This document shows, one piece after another, positions 1 to 9,565 of a stretch of 39,713 bases of DNA (position 1 is its first letter; each line of letters begins with the position of its first letter). This stretch comes from a bacterium (GTDB lineage Bacteria > UBP15 > UBA6099 > JAJRTR01). The position numbers were made by a program, and so were the translations under genes. The DNA is taken from positions 1 through 39,713 of the forward strand of contig JAJRTR010000191.1 in NCBI GenBank assembly GCA_024278215.1, given 5' to 3'. Under the pieces are notes generated by a model, which saw only the letters and a list, made by a program, of their open reading frames with translations, made no database searches and was not told where the DNA came from.

Positions 1-108
1 GTGAAAAAACAAATAGCAAATTATAAGCAATTCAAAAAACTTACCGGCGAATGGATCGACCTATCCGTCGAACTCGCCAAGCTTCGCAAATCAGTAAAAA
101 AGGGGTAA
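1..108 (+). CDS. 3' fragment of a small basic protein truncated by the window edge (resembles the C-terminus of DUF6788-like proteins)
   Basis: Frame 1 is open from base 1 to TAA at 106-108 (VKKQIANYKQFKKLTGEWIDLSVELAKLRKSVKKG*). The family resemblance is recalled, not searched. Confidence 0.35.
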   Translation: MKKQIANYKQFKKLTGEWIDLSVELAKLRKSVKKG

Positions 109-162
109 AGTATTATCCAGAACTTGGTACTGTCCAGTTATTGCCTGCGGAGCAATAAAAAA

Positions 163-459
163 CTATATCGGACGCGGCTCACTGCATGTGCAGGGTGTCG
201 CGCCGCATTTCGGGCAGCCGTGTGCATATTTCTTAGCGGCCGCCTCCATATCCACGCCGCAGATGCTCGCAAGGCTCACCAGCCACGCGAAGACGTCGGA
301 GAATTCTTCGTTCATTTCCGCGCGACCGCCGCGCCGCACGGCTCGCGACAGTTCGCCCACTTCCTCCACAAACCACATGAACGTCCCTTCCACTCCCCTG
401 CCGTTGTCTTTCTCGAAATATATTTTCTCGATCTTCCGCTGGAATTCTCTTACCGTCAT
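163..459 (-). CDS. MazG-like nucleotide pyrophosphohydrolase with C-terminal Cys cluster
   Basis: 98 aa. EEVGEL...EEFSDVFAWL all-alpha NTP-PPase motif; C-terminal CPKC..PCTC. Confidence 0.85.
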   Translation of the reverse strand: MTVREFQRKIEKIYFEKDNGRGVEGTFMWFVEEVGELSRAVRRGGRAEMNEEFSDVFAWLVSLASICGVDMEAAAKKYAHGCPKCGATPCTCSEPRPI

Positions 460-546
460 CTCCTGGTCCTTTCGTGATGAAACTCATTGATTCCCGCAGC
501 TCGGACTTCTCACGATTCCGGCCCGCACTGGTGAAAATATGCTGCT

Positions 547-1839
547 TCAGTTTACTTTCAATGTCCCGGTCGCCGCAAACGAACCCCGCTCCGTTTGTTT
601 CGCCATGCTTTTCAAATCGATATTTTCAAACCCGGAAAGTTTTGCAATGTCGATAATAAGAGACGACTCGAGTTTTTCATCGAAACCGCTGTCCGCGAGC
701 GCCCTGTTGTATCGACTGAATAATCGGCGTACGTTTTCCATCGCGCTCACACTTCTATTGTATTGCGTTTTGCGTTTGGCTTCCGTGACAAGATATTGCA
801 GGAGCCGCCCACTGTCGTAGTCGAGGTTCTTCATTTCTCTTCCGGCGAAATGCGCGTCCACAGTTTTTTCGGGCAGTGCGGCGTCTGCTTCGGGATCGCC
901 CCGCAGCGCGGTGGCAAGCACTTTATCGCCATCACCTGAAACCTGTTCGATAAGTGTCAGGAACAGCTTTTCGGTGTTTCGAGTTCTTCTTTTTTCGTTG
1001 GTTCCTGCAACAGCCGCTTCAGCGGCGATAGTATACACAAGGTCGGAGAAGGCGATAAATAAAGGCCGCCGCCAGATGCTCATGTCGCTGAACTCTTCAT
1101 CGTCAAGCAGCATAAGCAATACGAGGCATTTGCGCATATCTTCACGCTCGCGCGAGGGCTCGGCGGCGAATCCGAGCGCGGCCCATTCCACCGCCGGCTC
1201 AATATCCCGCACATTTAACTTCGACCATATTTCGAGCATTCGCCGGAAAGTCCGGGCGCGTTCCCGCAGCAGATCGTGATCTTGCGGCACTATCAATGAT
1301 GAGATGTCCACATCGTTGAAATTCCTGAAAAAGAAACCGAGCGGTTGCGCCGGAGTTTTCTTTTCTTTTAGAACTTCCGTCACATTGTCGGCGATAAAAG
1401 TGGTTGCTTCATCGAGTTTGCCTGTGTTGTTGAACCTGTCGCCGATATTCCAGACGAGTTTCCTCCGCAGCGTCACGTCACGGAACTCGACGATAAAACC
1501 TTTCTTTTTCAAAACGTAGAAGTTGATATTGTCACACAGAAAAAAGCCGTTTTTGAAATCGGTCGTCGTCGCGAGCGGCTGCGACAACATGCCTGTCTTT
1601 TCGATCACCCTGACCGCCGCGACCGACCCGGGTGTTACGAGCTTTTTGTCGACAACACCGGCGACGGAAACCGTTTGACGGCGGAATTCGTCTTTCGCAG
1701 GCGCTGTTTTGCCGCTTCCACTGCCGCCGCCGCAGCCGGAAACTACCACGAACGCGGCAATCATGATCGTGGCCACTGTGTAACACAGCATCGTCCGCGC
1801 ATGGGAAAAAACAGTGCGGTCGCGCCGTGCTTTCGTCAT
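547..1839 (-). CDS. Hypothetical lipoprotein (~430 aa)
   Basis: Long ORF (track 547..1893). Hydrophobic stretch ending in lipobox VVVSG-C followed by a Gly/Ser linker. ATG at 1839 has GAGG upstream; the start is uncertain. Confidence 0.65.
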   Translation of the reverse strand: MTKARRDRTVFSHARTMLCYTVATIMIAAFVVVSGCGGGSGSGKTAPAKDEFRRQTVSVAGVVDKKLVTPGSVAAVRVIEKTGMLSQPLATTTDFKNGFFLCDNINFYVLKKKGFIVEFRDVTLRRKLVWNIGDRFNNTGKLDEATTFIADNVTEVLKEKKTPAQPLGFFFRNFNDVDISSLIVPQDHDLLRERARTFRRMLEIWSKLNVRDIEPAVEWAALGFAAEPSREREDMRKCLVLLMLLDDEEFSDMSIWRRPLFIAFSDLVYTIAAEAAVAGTNEKRRTRNTEKLFLTLIEQVSGDGDKVLATALRGDPEADAALPEKTVDAHFAGREMKNLDYDSGRLLQYLVTEAKRKTQYNRSVSAMENVRRLFSRYNRALADSGFDEKLESSLIIDIAKLSGFENIDLKSMAKQTERGSFAATGTLKVN

Positions 1840-1889
1840 TGTGTTCCTCATAAAAACTCGCTTCTCCCGCTGATCGCGATACGGCGGTA

Positions 1890-4800
1890 TCACTTTCTGC
1901 CGTAAGATTGCTTGACCGGGTACAGTGTGCCGATGCCGAGTTTGTACGACCAGTCATAGTTGAACTGCGATATTTTCAGCATGATGATATTGGCACCGCT
2001 TTTCAATCTTCCGGTGAACTCGTCGGGCTCCGCGTTGAGCGATCTCGAACCGTTCGCCGTGAATATCTTTTCGCCGTTGACCCATACTTCCGCGCCATCG
2101 TCACTGTTGAGTTTGAACCCGGCGGGCTGGTCCTTTTGGGAAAGAACGAATGTAACGGCATAGGCGACCGAGTTGTCGCGCCCGATATAGAAATGTTTTT
2201 GAAGATCAACAAGGCCCGCTTCGCCCGCGGAGGCGCGGCGCCAGTGTACCTTCTCTCCGGATTTACCATCATACACCGCGCCGAGGTCGAGTTTATCCTT
2301 TTCCGGTCCATAATTCTGAACTTCGATCTTTTTCACGCGGCTGAAGTCGAACGGACCGATGATGTTCCATTTTGTAAGATAGTTCTGACGGCTGTCGATC
2401 TCTTTTTCGATCGAGAATTTGTGACCGCCGACGGAGAAATCGACTATAAGCACTCTTGACGTGCGCACTCCGTAGCCGCCACTTTTCTTCAGCGGCGGCA
2501 ACGCCGGTATCGCGAGCGGCCCGGCGGCCTCCACAAACATCTCGCCTGCGGCAGCCGCCTGCGTCTCAGTGCCGTACCTGTCTTCGATTCGATAGCTGAA
2601 AGTGTCGCCGTCGACACTACCCGGGCGGCAGTAGAAGTAGGCTTGCCGCCGACCATTTTTATACAGATACAACCTTTCATCCTTCACGAATATACCTGTA
2701 CCTGCTACAGCGAGCAGCATGTCCATTTCCTTTTCGTCAATATCATCCGTCTCGGCGTATGCGGCGATCCGGCCCGCGACCGGAGCCACCGCCGCGGAAC
2801 CGCCCAGGATACCGCCTGCGCGCCGTCGCGCCGCTACGCCGACTATGGCCGCCTGTTCCGTCTCCGCCGCCTTGATCTCGACCTCGATCCTCTCTGTAAT
2901 CGGCATGACGCCGGTTCTGATGATATTCATGTTCCGGTCGGCGTCATATTCAACATCGGCGGCTTTGCCGTTTACAGTTGCGACCGACGCTATATCGGTA
3001 TTGGCGAACTGAAAGGCGTAAGCGCGTTCTTTCAATTGCCCGTCATACACCCCATCGACCGGGCTCACCGCGAGTTTCATCCTGTCGCCGTCACGAAAAT
3101 AGGAGAGCCCTGTTTCGGCGAATTCGCCGCGCATATACGCATTCGTAACACCGTCATCCTCATAAAGAGTGTAGCTGCCGCCCGTGCCGTCCGCGCCGGG
3201 ATAAACGCGGACGACAAGTTCGGCGAGTGGGGTGGTCGACATGCGCTGCGTGTAGGGCTGCATCGGGACAGGAGTGCCACCGCGCGCGTATAGCGGGAAC
3301 TCGTTGATGTCCGCCGCGACAAGCGCTTCCGCGTCGCCTTCGAACCGTTCGCCGGTGAACCAGTTGTACCACACGCCTTCCGGGAACCACACGACCTGGG
3401 CGGCCACCTTCCCTTTACCGACGCCCGCCGACACGATGGGTGCCGCGAGGAATGCGTCGCCGAAAAAGTACTGCTGCGGGTTTTTATATGAGCGTTCATC
3501 TTCAGGATACAACAGGTACATCGGTCTGTTGAGGGGCATAGTAAATGTGTGACCCTGCCGGGCGGTGCTGTAGATGTAGGGAAACAATTCCGAGCGCAGG
3601 TGGAAAGAGACGCGCATGGAGTTTTCCGCGTATTTCGGATACTTCCAGGGGCGGCGGTCCTGTTCGGGCGAGCGGGTCGAGTGTGAGCGGAGGGCGGCGG
3701 TCGTCGCGCCGAACTGGCACCAGCGCGTGTATGTCTCGGGCATGCGCGGTCCCATGTGTCCGCCGATGTCGTGCGACCAGAAGAACGCGCCCATATTGCC
3801 GGCGGTCGACGTGAACGGCACGATGAAGGCGAGCATCGGCCAGCCTGTGTGCGAGTCGCCGGAGAAGTGGATCGGGTAGCGATGGTCGCCCCATCCCGCC
3901 CAGCGGCTGAACGAAAGTCCGCGTTTACCTCCCTGGCCCGTGTGCTGATAGAAATAGTAATTGAGCAAGCGCAGATTCGTCAGTTCGGGGATGCTGCGTG
4001 TGTAGGGATACTGTTGCCAGTCGAGCCACCAGAAGTCCACACCCTCTTTCTCCAGCGGCGAGATCACATCCTTAAAAAGAGTGTCGAGATACTTTTTGTT
4101 TCCGGCGTCGAACTTTACCCACTCCTTCTTTGCCGGATCACGGTCGAGGTCACGCATGAAGTCGGCGTACATGTCCTCGTGCGGGCCCACGCCGTCCGCG
4201 GGATGGAGGTTCAGCGTGACGAACAGGTCCTTTTCGTGGAACCACTTCAGGAGCCGCTCCGCGTCCGGTAGCAGTTTTCGGTTCCACGACCAGCCGGTCC
4301 AGCCGTCCTTGTGCCAGTCCATGTCCAGCACCATCACGTCGAGCGGGAAATCGTGTTTCGCATATTCTTTGACGATCTTCCGGTAGTCGTCCTGCGAGTA
4401 AGGCCAGTAGCGCGAGTACCACGCGCCTAGCGCGTACCTGCGCGGCAGCGGCACAGCGCCGCCGACAGCGGTGAGCGCGCGCAGAGCGCCTATGTAGTCG
4501 TTGCCGTAGCCGAAAAGAAACCAGTCGGTACCCGAGTCCGCCGGTCTTGCGGCTACCCAGTCGTCGGTGAAAATGTGGCGGCGCGAATCGTCGATGAGGT
4601 ACCAGCCGTCGCGGCTGAGGATGCCTTCACCCAGGTCCACAGGGCCGATGACACCGTCGACCGTGCGGATAGTGCCGCCGAGGTTTCCTCTGTTGGCCAT
4701 GCCGGGCCGCCATTCGACAGTGCCGTCGCCTTTGCGTATTTCCGCCCGCAGGTTCGACCTGCTGAACGGCTTTCCGTCTGGTGTGTAAAACAACTTTATG

Positions 4801-5102
4801 CGGCCCGTGTCGATTATCGTCGTGCCGCCGTCTTCGCTTATCGTGAAGCCACGGTAATCGTAGTCGCGATTGACTGCGAACATCGAAGGCGCGTCGACGA
4901 ACTCGCCCGCAGCCGAGTATTCCAGCCTGACGCACTCGGCTCCGGCCACCGAAAACCGCGCGGTATCTCCCACAATAATTACCGGGTTGTCGGCTTCCCG
5001 ACGTGCACACGCCGGCTTCTGCGCGGCAACAGTAACGACGCACAGCAGTAAAGCGCATATTGCAATCCTGAAGTAATTGCTGTCGAGCAATAATATATTC
5101 AT
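1890..5102 (-). CDS. Secreted glycoside hydrolase family 31 (GH31_u1-like alpha-glucosidase) with DUF5110 and a C-terminal beta-sandwich domain
   Basis: Signal peptide; WYSRYWPY, PLDVMVLDMDWH, nucleophile motif FWWLDWQQ, HRYPIHFSGD, WSHDIGGH and YTLYEDDG. ATG at 5102 has a GAGG RBS. Confidence 0.9.
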   Translation of the reverse strand: MNILLLDSNYFRIAICALLLCVVTVAAQKPACARREADNPVIIVGDTARFSVAGAECVRLEYSAAGEFVDAPSMFAVNRDYDYRGFTISEDGGTTIIDTGRIKLFYTPDGKPFSRSNLRAEIRKGDGTVEWRPGMANRGNLGGTIRTVDGVIGPVDLGEGILSRDGWYLIDDSRRHIFTDDWVAARPADSGTDWFLFGYGNDYIGALRALTAVGGAVPLPRRYALGAWYSRYWPYSQDDYRKIVKEYAKHDFPLDVMVLDMDWHKDGWTGWSWNRKLLPDAERLLKWFHEKDLFVTLNLHPADGVGPHEDMYADFMRDLDRDPAKKEWVKFDAGNKKYLDTLFKDVISPLEKEGVDFWWLDWQQYPYTRSIPELTNLRLLNYYFYQHTGQGGKRGLSFSRWAGWGDHRYPIHFSGDSHTGWPMLAFIVPFTSTAGNMGAFFWSHDIGGHMGPRMPETYTRWCQFGATTAALRSHSTRSPEQDRRPWKYPKYAENSMRVSFHLRSELFPYIYSTARQGHTFTMPLNRPMYLLYPEDERSYKNPQQYFFGDAFLAAPIVSAGVGKGKVAAQVVWFPEGVWYNWFTGERFEGDAEALVAADINEFPLYARGGTPVPMQPYTQRMSTTPLAELVVRVYPGADGTGGSYTLYEDDGVTNAYMRGEFAETGLSYFRDGDRMKLAVSPVDGVYDGQLKERAYAFQFANTDIASVATVNGKAADVEYDADRNMNIIRTGVMPITERIEVEIKAAETEQAAIVGVAARRRAGGILGGSAAVAPVAGRIAAYAETDDIDEKEMDMLLAVAGTGIFVKDERLYLYKNGRRQAYFYCRPGSVDGDTFSYRIEDRYGTETQAAAAGEMFVEAAGPLAIPALPPLKKSGGYGVRTSRVLIVDFSVGGHKFSIEKEIDSRQNYLTKWNIIGPFDFSRVKKIEVQNYGPEKDKLDLGAVYDGKSGEKVHWRRASAGEAGLVDLQKHFYIGRDNSVAYAVTFVLSQKDQPAGFKLNSDDGAEVWVNGEKIFTANGSRSLNAEPDEFTGRLKSGANIIMLKISQFNYDWSYKLGIGTLYPVKQSYGRK

Positions 5103-5155
5103 TTCAAGTTTCCTCTCTGTGTTTGTTTTAACACTACAACGCAATTTTCGATTGT

Positions 5156-5178
5156 CACAGGCGAGACGCCTGTGCTAC
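5156..5178 (-). repeat. REP-like palindrome (GTAG-type)
   Basis: Minus strand reads GTAG-CACAGGCG-TCT-CGCCTGTG: a GTAG tetranucleotide plus a perfect 8-bp hairpin, intergenic. Related copies lie at 25956-26026. Confidence 0.65.
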
Positions 5179-5264
5179 ATTACATAAAAACATCTTTTCA
5201 GCAACACAGCCATTTCGCATGTGCAGCTCTCTGTCCGTTGTCACTAAAATCTTGCGTTGTAGCA

Positions 5265-5693
5265 CTAAAAATCGTCGGTGTCTGCTTTTCTGAGGTATGC
5301 GATTCTGGTAGTGCATGAAAATCCATTTTGCCGGAACAGATTTATCGAGGCGTCGTTGTCGGAATATATAGTAGCGGCGAAGACTTTTCTGCCGCGCGCG
5401 CGCAGGGCTTCTTCGAGTTTATGAAGCAATGCCGCCGCGATTCCTTTCCGCCGCTGACGCGGGGCGACAGCCAGCCGGTTTATCCAGCCTTTGCGGCCGT
5501 CGTCGCTTCCGATTGCCGCTCCCACAAGCGTGTCGCCTGCAAAAGCCCCCAGGCAGATATCCGCGTTGCCGGCGAAATACTCTTTCAGGTTTTCGACACT
5601 GTCGCGGCCGACGGGCCTGTACTCGAGCCCGGCGCTTTCCCACAGTTCGATCACCGCGCCGACTTCTTCTGTTCCAATTGGTCGGATATCCAT
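5265..5693 (-). CDS. GNAT family N-acetyltransferase
   Basis: 142 aa. DGRKGWINRLAVAPRQRRKGIA (motif A) and NDASINLFRQNGF (motif B). Confidence 0.9.
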   Translation of the reverse strand: MDIRPIGTEEVGAVIELWESAGLEYRPVGRDSVENLKEYFAGNADICLGAFAGDTLVGAAIGSDDGRKGWINRLAVAPRQRRKGIAAALLHKLEEALRARGRKVFAATIYSDNDASINLFRQNGFSCTTRIAYLRKADTDDF

Positions 5694-5778
5694 GTTTACT
5701 CAATACACCGATTGGTTTCCATAATTACATAAATGCCTGTAATTGAGTCGAAACACCGCACTGAAACGCATAAGCATG

Positions 5779-6276
5779 TTATTTTTTCAGATGTTCCCGT
5801 ATCTTAGCAGCCCAGTTGCGGGTGTTTTCTTCAGAACGCGAGACGGCGATAAAAGATGTGAGAATCATGTCCCGATATTGCCAGTTTATATGGAGCATGG
5901 GCAACCTGCCGGTTTTCGCCCTGCCCGACGGCCCCACATCAATGCCTGTTATGTATCGATATGGAATATATAGCGGGTCTGTCGTCGCGTATCGCAGGAA
6001 GTACAGCCCCGAAGCGCCCATATAGAAAACACCGTTTCCTCGCACCATAAAACCCCATCCGAGAAACCGGCGCCTGTTGGGAAAGTCTGTTTCGAGATAA
6101 TAGCTGTTCGGCACCTTTTCGAGCGCTGTTTCCGGAGTTTCACTCCCGCTGAGTTCGGCGGGTCGGTCGCCGTAGCGCCTGGCGGCGTATTTCAATATAG
6201 TCAGCACGAGGCCCCAGATAGTAAGATTAAGAGCGACGATCAGCCCGACAAGTTGTAAAGGACTCACATTATACAT
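5779..6276 (-). CDS. Hypothetical membrane-anchored protein (N-terminal TM, possible PH-like beta domain)
   Basis: 165 aa. N-terminal hydrophobic helix followed by RGNGVFYMG..GLYFLR...IPYRYITGI. Co-oriented with its neighbours. Confidence 0.7.
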   Translation of the reverse strand: MYNVSPLQLVGLIVALNLTIWGLVLTILKYAARRYGDRPAELSGSETPETALEKVPNSYYLETDFPNRRRFLGWGFMVRGNGVFYMGASGLYFLRYATTDPLYIPYRYITGIDVGPSGRAKTGRLPMLHINWQYRDMILTSFIAVSRSEENTRNWAAKIREHLKK

Positions 6277-6348
6277 AGCAAATTATTTTTTAAATAACGG
6301 CAATACTGCGATCAACAGACCGGGATCACCGGCTGCACGGCGAACCTG

Positions 6349-7173
6349 TCAGCACCAGGTGATGCGCGCATCTTTTCGCGGCGGTATGCGTCTGTATTTC
6401 ATATTGTTCCAGCCCATGAGCATAGCGCCGAAACTCTGGTGTCCGTCGGGAAGAGCAATTGCCTGCTGCATCGGCGGGAAAACCGCGGTGGCGGCATGGA
6501 CGAACCCGCCCCATGTCGCGCCCACGCCCAGCGAACAGGCCGCCAGTTCGAGATGCGCGAGCGCGATGGTGCATGCACCCTGCGCCGTCATATTCGTCCT
6601 GTCGCCGTGCGCTATCACAATATGCTGCGCGCCGCGCAGAATCTTGTCGACACCACGGTCCCATTCCTTGACGACGAGTTCCAGGTGCATCATCTCCGCC
6701 ATTGCGGGCATCGACTCGATTACCATGCGCATCCAGTCCGCCACGATACCAGCGAGGCGTTTCGCTTCATCCGTGTCGTGGATCACGAGCCAGTGTACCG
6801 GCTGAAAATTGTGTCCGGAAGGCGCATAACGCGCAATGTCGATGCACTTTTCTATCAATTCTTTCGGCACCGGTTCGCTCTTGAAATCACGCACAGAGCG
6901 GCGAGTCTTCATGAAGTGGGCTATCTGTTCTCCAGTCGGCAACAGGTCTTTTTTCACAGGTTCGCAGTCTTCGGGGGCAAGCCCTTTGAGAGTAATCGCG
7001 TCGTGCGGACACACCGCGATGCAGTGGCCGCAATCTATACAAAGTTCTTCCGCCCGCGAAACCAGCCTGGGAAACGATTCCCTGTCAGGCATCGCTATTA
7101 TTTTCATCGGGCACTCCCTGACGCAAAACCCGTCTCGTTTGCATCTTTCTTCATTGAATTCGATGAAACTCAT
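6349..7173 (-). CDS. Nitroreductase family protein with N-terminal ferredoxin (4Fe-4S) domain
   Basis: CKRDGFCVRECP and CIDCGHCIAVCP; RRSVRDF, ARYAPSGHNFQP and LGVGATWGG nitroreductase motifs. Confidence 0.92.
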   Translation of the reverse strand: MSFIEFNEERCKRDGFCVRECPMKIIAMPDRESFPRLVSRAEELCIDCGHCIAVCPHDAITLKGLAPEDCEPVKKDLLPTGEQIAHFMKTRRSVRDFKSEPVPKELIEKCIDIARYAPSGHNFQPVHWLVIHDTDEAKRLAGIVADWMRMVIESMPAMAEMMHLELVVKEWDRGVDKILRGAQHIVIAHGDRTNMTAQGACTIALAHLELAACSLGVGATWGGFVHAATAVFPPMQQAIALPDGHQSFGAMLMGWNNMKYRRIPPRKDARITWC

Positions 7174-7350
7174 CTGGTGTCTCTCCCGTTCGATTCGTTT
7201 TTGTCGTTTTTTTCACACAGTCCGAATGCCACATTACGGTGCAACCGCAAGTTGATTAAAAAGTATACATATTTTTTTGCGATATAAAAGAAGGAATGTG
7301 CATAAAGAACATTCAGCAGAGGTAATCCTGATCGGTCGCGCCGGTGCCGG

Positions 7351-8370
7351 TCAGGCGAAATGACATGCGGCGAAATGGTTCGAAACGACCTCCCTGAGAG
7401 GTGGATCATCTGTTTCGCAACGGCGCTCTCTTCTCGGACATCTGGATGCGAAGTTGCACCCTGCGATCTCGGTATCCGGGCTCGGCAGGTCGCCGCTGAG
7501 CAGGATGCGGCGGCGTTTTTCCTCGACATTCGGATCGGGTATCGGCACTGCGGAGAGCAGCGCCCCGGTGTATGGATGCAGCGGAGTCGAGTAGAGTTCT
7601 CCAGCTTCCGCGAGTTCTACGATTTTCCCCAGGTACATAACTGCAACACGGTCGCTGATGTGAATGACAACACTCAGGTCGTGGGCGATAAAAAGGTATG
7701 AAAACCCGAACTTGGACTGGAGTTCCTCCAGCAGGTTGATGATCTGCGACCTGATGGAAACGTCGAGAGCGCTCACGGGTTCGTCGGCAATGATCAGCGA
7801 GGGGTTCACAGAGAGTGCTCGAGCGATGCCGATGCGCTGGCGTTGTCCGCCGCTGAACTCGTGAGGATAGCGGTTTTTGTAGCGTGGATCGAGTCCGACT
7901 GTTTCCAGCAGTTCTTCCACCCGTTTCTGCCGTCTGCTTCCCGTCAGGAGCCTGAAACTGTTTATCGGCTCGGCTATGATGTCGCCGACAGTCATGCGCG
8001 GGTCCAGCGAGGCATACGGGTCCTGGTAGATAATCTGAAGTTCCCGGTATACCGCGCGAAGATCGTTGCCTTTGAGTTCGGCAAGGTCGCGCCCCTCGAA
8101 GATCACGCTGCCGGAGGTCGGCCGGTATAATTGCAGGATTGCCCGCGCCGTAGTGCTCTTTCCGCATCCGCTTTCACCGACAAGGCCCAGCGTTTCGCCG
8201 CGTCCGATGTCGAATGTCACTCCGTTTACGGCGCGTATGTTGCCTATTGTTTTTCGTACGACAAAACCACTTGTGATCGGAAAATAAACTTTGAGGTCGC
8301 GCACTTCAAGCAGTTTCCCGTCTTCGGCGGCAGTGCCGCCTTCCGGTCTTTCTTTCATTTCCGTCTGCAT
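7351..8370 (-). CDS. oppF: Oligopeptide/dipeptide ABC transporter ATP-binding protein (OppF/DppF-like)
   Basis: GESGCGKST, YPHEFSGGQRQR, IIADEP, FIAHDL and a C-terminal HPYT...CNFASRC...C...AACH domain. ATG at 8370 has an AGGTG RBS. Confidence 0.88.
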   Translation of the reverse strand: MQTEMKERPEGGTAAEDGKLLEVRDLKVYFPITSGFVVRKTIGNIRAVNGVTFDIGRGETLGLVGESGCGKSTTARAILQLYRPTSGSVIFEGRDLAELKGNDLRAVYRELQIIYQDPYASLDPRMTVGDIIAEPINSFRLLTGSRRQKRVEELLETVGLDPRYKNRYPHEFSGGQRQRIGIARALSVNPSLIIADEPVSALDVSIRSQIINLLEELQSKFGFSYLFIAHDLSVVIHISDRVAVMYLGKIVELAEAGELYSTPLHPYTGALLSAVPIPDPNVEEKRRRILLSGDLPSPDTEIAGCNFASRCPRRERRCETDDPPLREVVSNHFAACHFA

Positions 8371-8524
8371 ATACACCTGTCTGTTGCGTTGTGTCCCGGC
8401 GTCCCTGGTTGCGGTGCAACCATTGTTGTGAACTATTGTCATCTTACAGTATAGTATCCACAGGGAGCGTACTGCAATTACATTCTTCGGGAAACTACGC
8501 AATAAACATATTTTGCAATTGGCT

Positions 8525-9565
8525 CTACGGTTTGCTGTTTTTTCCGGCCCTGACGATGCCGGTGGAGATATCCTGGAACGGCTGGCGACGGACTCTGTGC
8601 GGCAGGGCCAGTTCAGCGGCCAGGTCTATGTCTTCACTTTCCACGGCGCTTCGCCCTTCATACGCGGCGATGGTTTTTGCTGTTTTCAGTGTGATGATGT
8701 CGCCCCTGTGTCCATCCACGCCTACTTCGATACAATAATTAGCTATTTCCAGCATCAGTTTTCTATCGACAGCAACCTCCGGGAACAGCGCGATCGCCTT
8801 TTTGATCTTTCCGACGACAGCTTCCGATTCTTCTTTCCAACGTTCTATGAAGTCCCGCGGATTATCGTCGAAAGAGGCCCGCCGCTCCATGACCCGGACG
8901 CGCTTTTCGGGGTCGAGAATACCTTCTATGTTCACGCAGAGGCCGAAACGGTCGAGCAACTGGGGCCTTAGTTCGCCCTCCTCGGGATTCATGGTGCCGA
9001 CCAGCGTGAAGCGCGCAGGGTGCGTGAAGGAGACACCTTCACGCTCGACAGTGTTGACCCCCATGGCGGCGGAATCGAGAAGCACGTCGACGACATGATC
9101 GTCCAGCAGATTCACTTCATCGACATAGAGGATGCCCCTGTGCGCGGCGGCGAGGATGCCGGGTTCGATGCGCTTTTCACCTTTTTTCAGGGCGTGCTCG
9201 ATGTCCATGGTTCCCACGACGCGGTCTTCGGTTGCGCCCACGGGCAGTTCCACGACACGCACTTTCCGCCGCTCGACGGGCGGCGCCTGTTTCTGTTCGA
9301 CAGCGGCCCGGCAGTCCGGGTTCACACACTCGGCGCAGATGTCTCCGCCGTGCGGTTTTCGCAATTGATAGGGACAGTTTTTCACGACGTCGATCTGCGG
9401 CAGGATGTCCGCCAGAGCGCGCACCGCCGTGGATTTCGCGGTTCCCTTTTCGCCACGGATGAGAACACCGGATATGGTTGGGTTGATGATGTTGAGGACA
9501 AGCGCGAGTTTCATTTTTTCCTGGCCGACGATGGCCGCGAACGGATAAATATGTTTTGTCTGCAT
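8525..9565 (-). CDS. chlI: ChlI/BchI-like AAA+ chelatase ATPase subunit
   Basis: [63 protein letters not shown] and DGHRGD. Start overlaps the upstream stop (TAATG). Confidence 0.92.
   Translation of the reverse strand: MQTKHIYPFAAIVGQEKMKLALVLNIINPTISGVLIRGEKGTAKSTAVRALADILPQIDVVKNCPYQLRKPHGGDICAECVNPDCRAAVEQKQAPPVERRKVRVVELPVGATEDRVVGTMDIEHALKKGEKRIEPGILAAAHRGILYVDEVNLLDDHVVDVLLDSAAMGVNTVEREGVSFTHPARFTLVGTMNPEEGELRPQLLDRFGLCVNIEGILDPEKRVRVMERRASFDDNPRDFIERWKEESEAVVGKIKKAIALFPEVAVDRKLMLEIANYCIEVGVDGHRGDIITLKTAKTIAAYEGRSAVESEDIDLAAELALPHRVRRQPFQDISTGIVRAGKNSKP

Noticed and set aside
6349-7173. BluB/CobR-type B12 enzyme
   Set aside because: The ferredoxin-nitroreductase fusion is a common general family, and the gene is separated from the chelatase operon by oppF and an AT-rich intergenic region.
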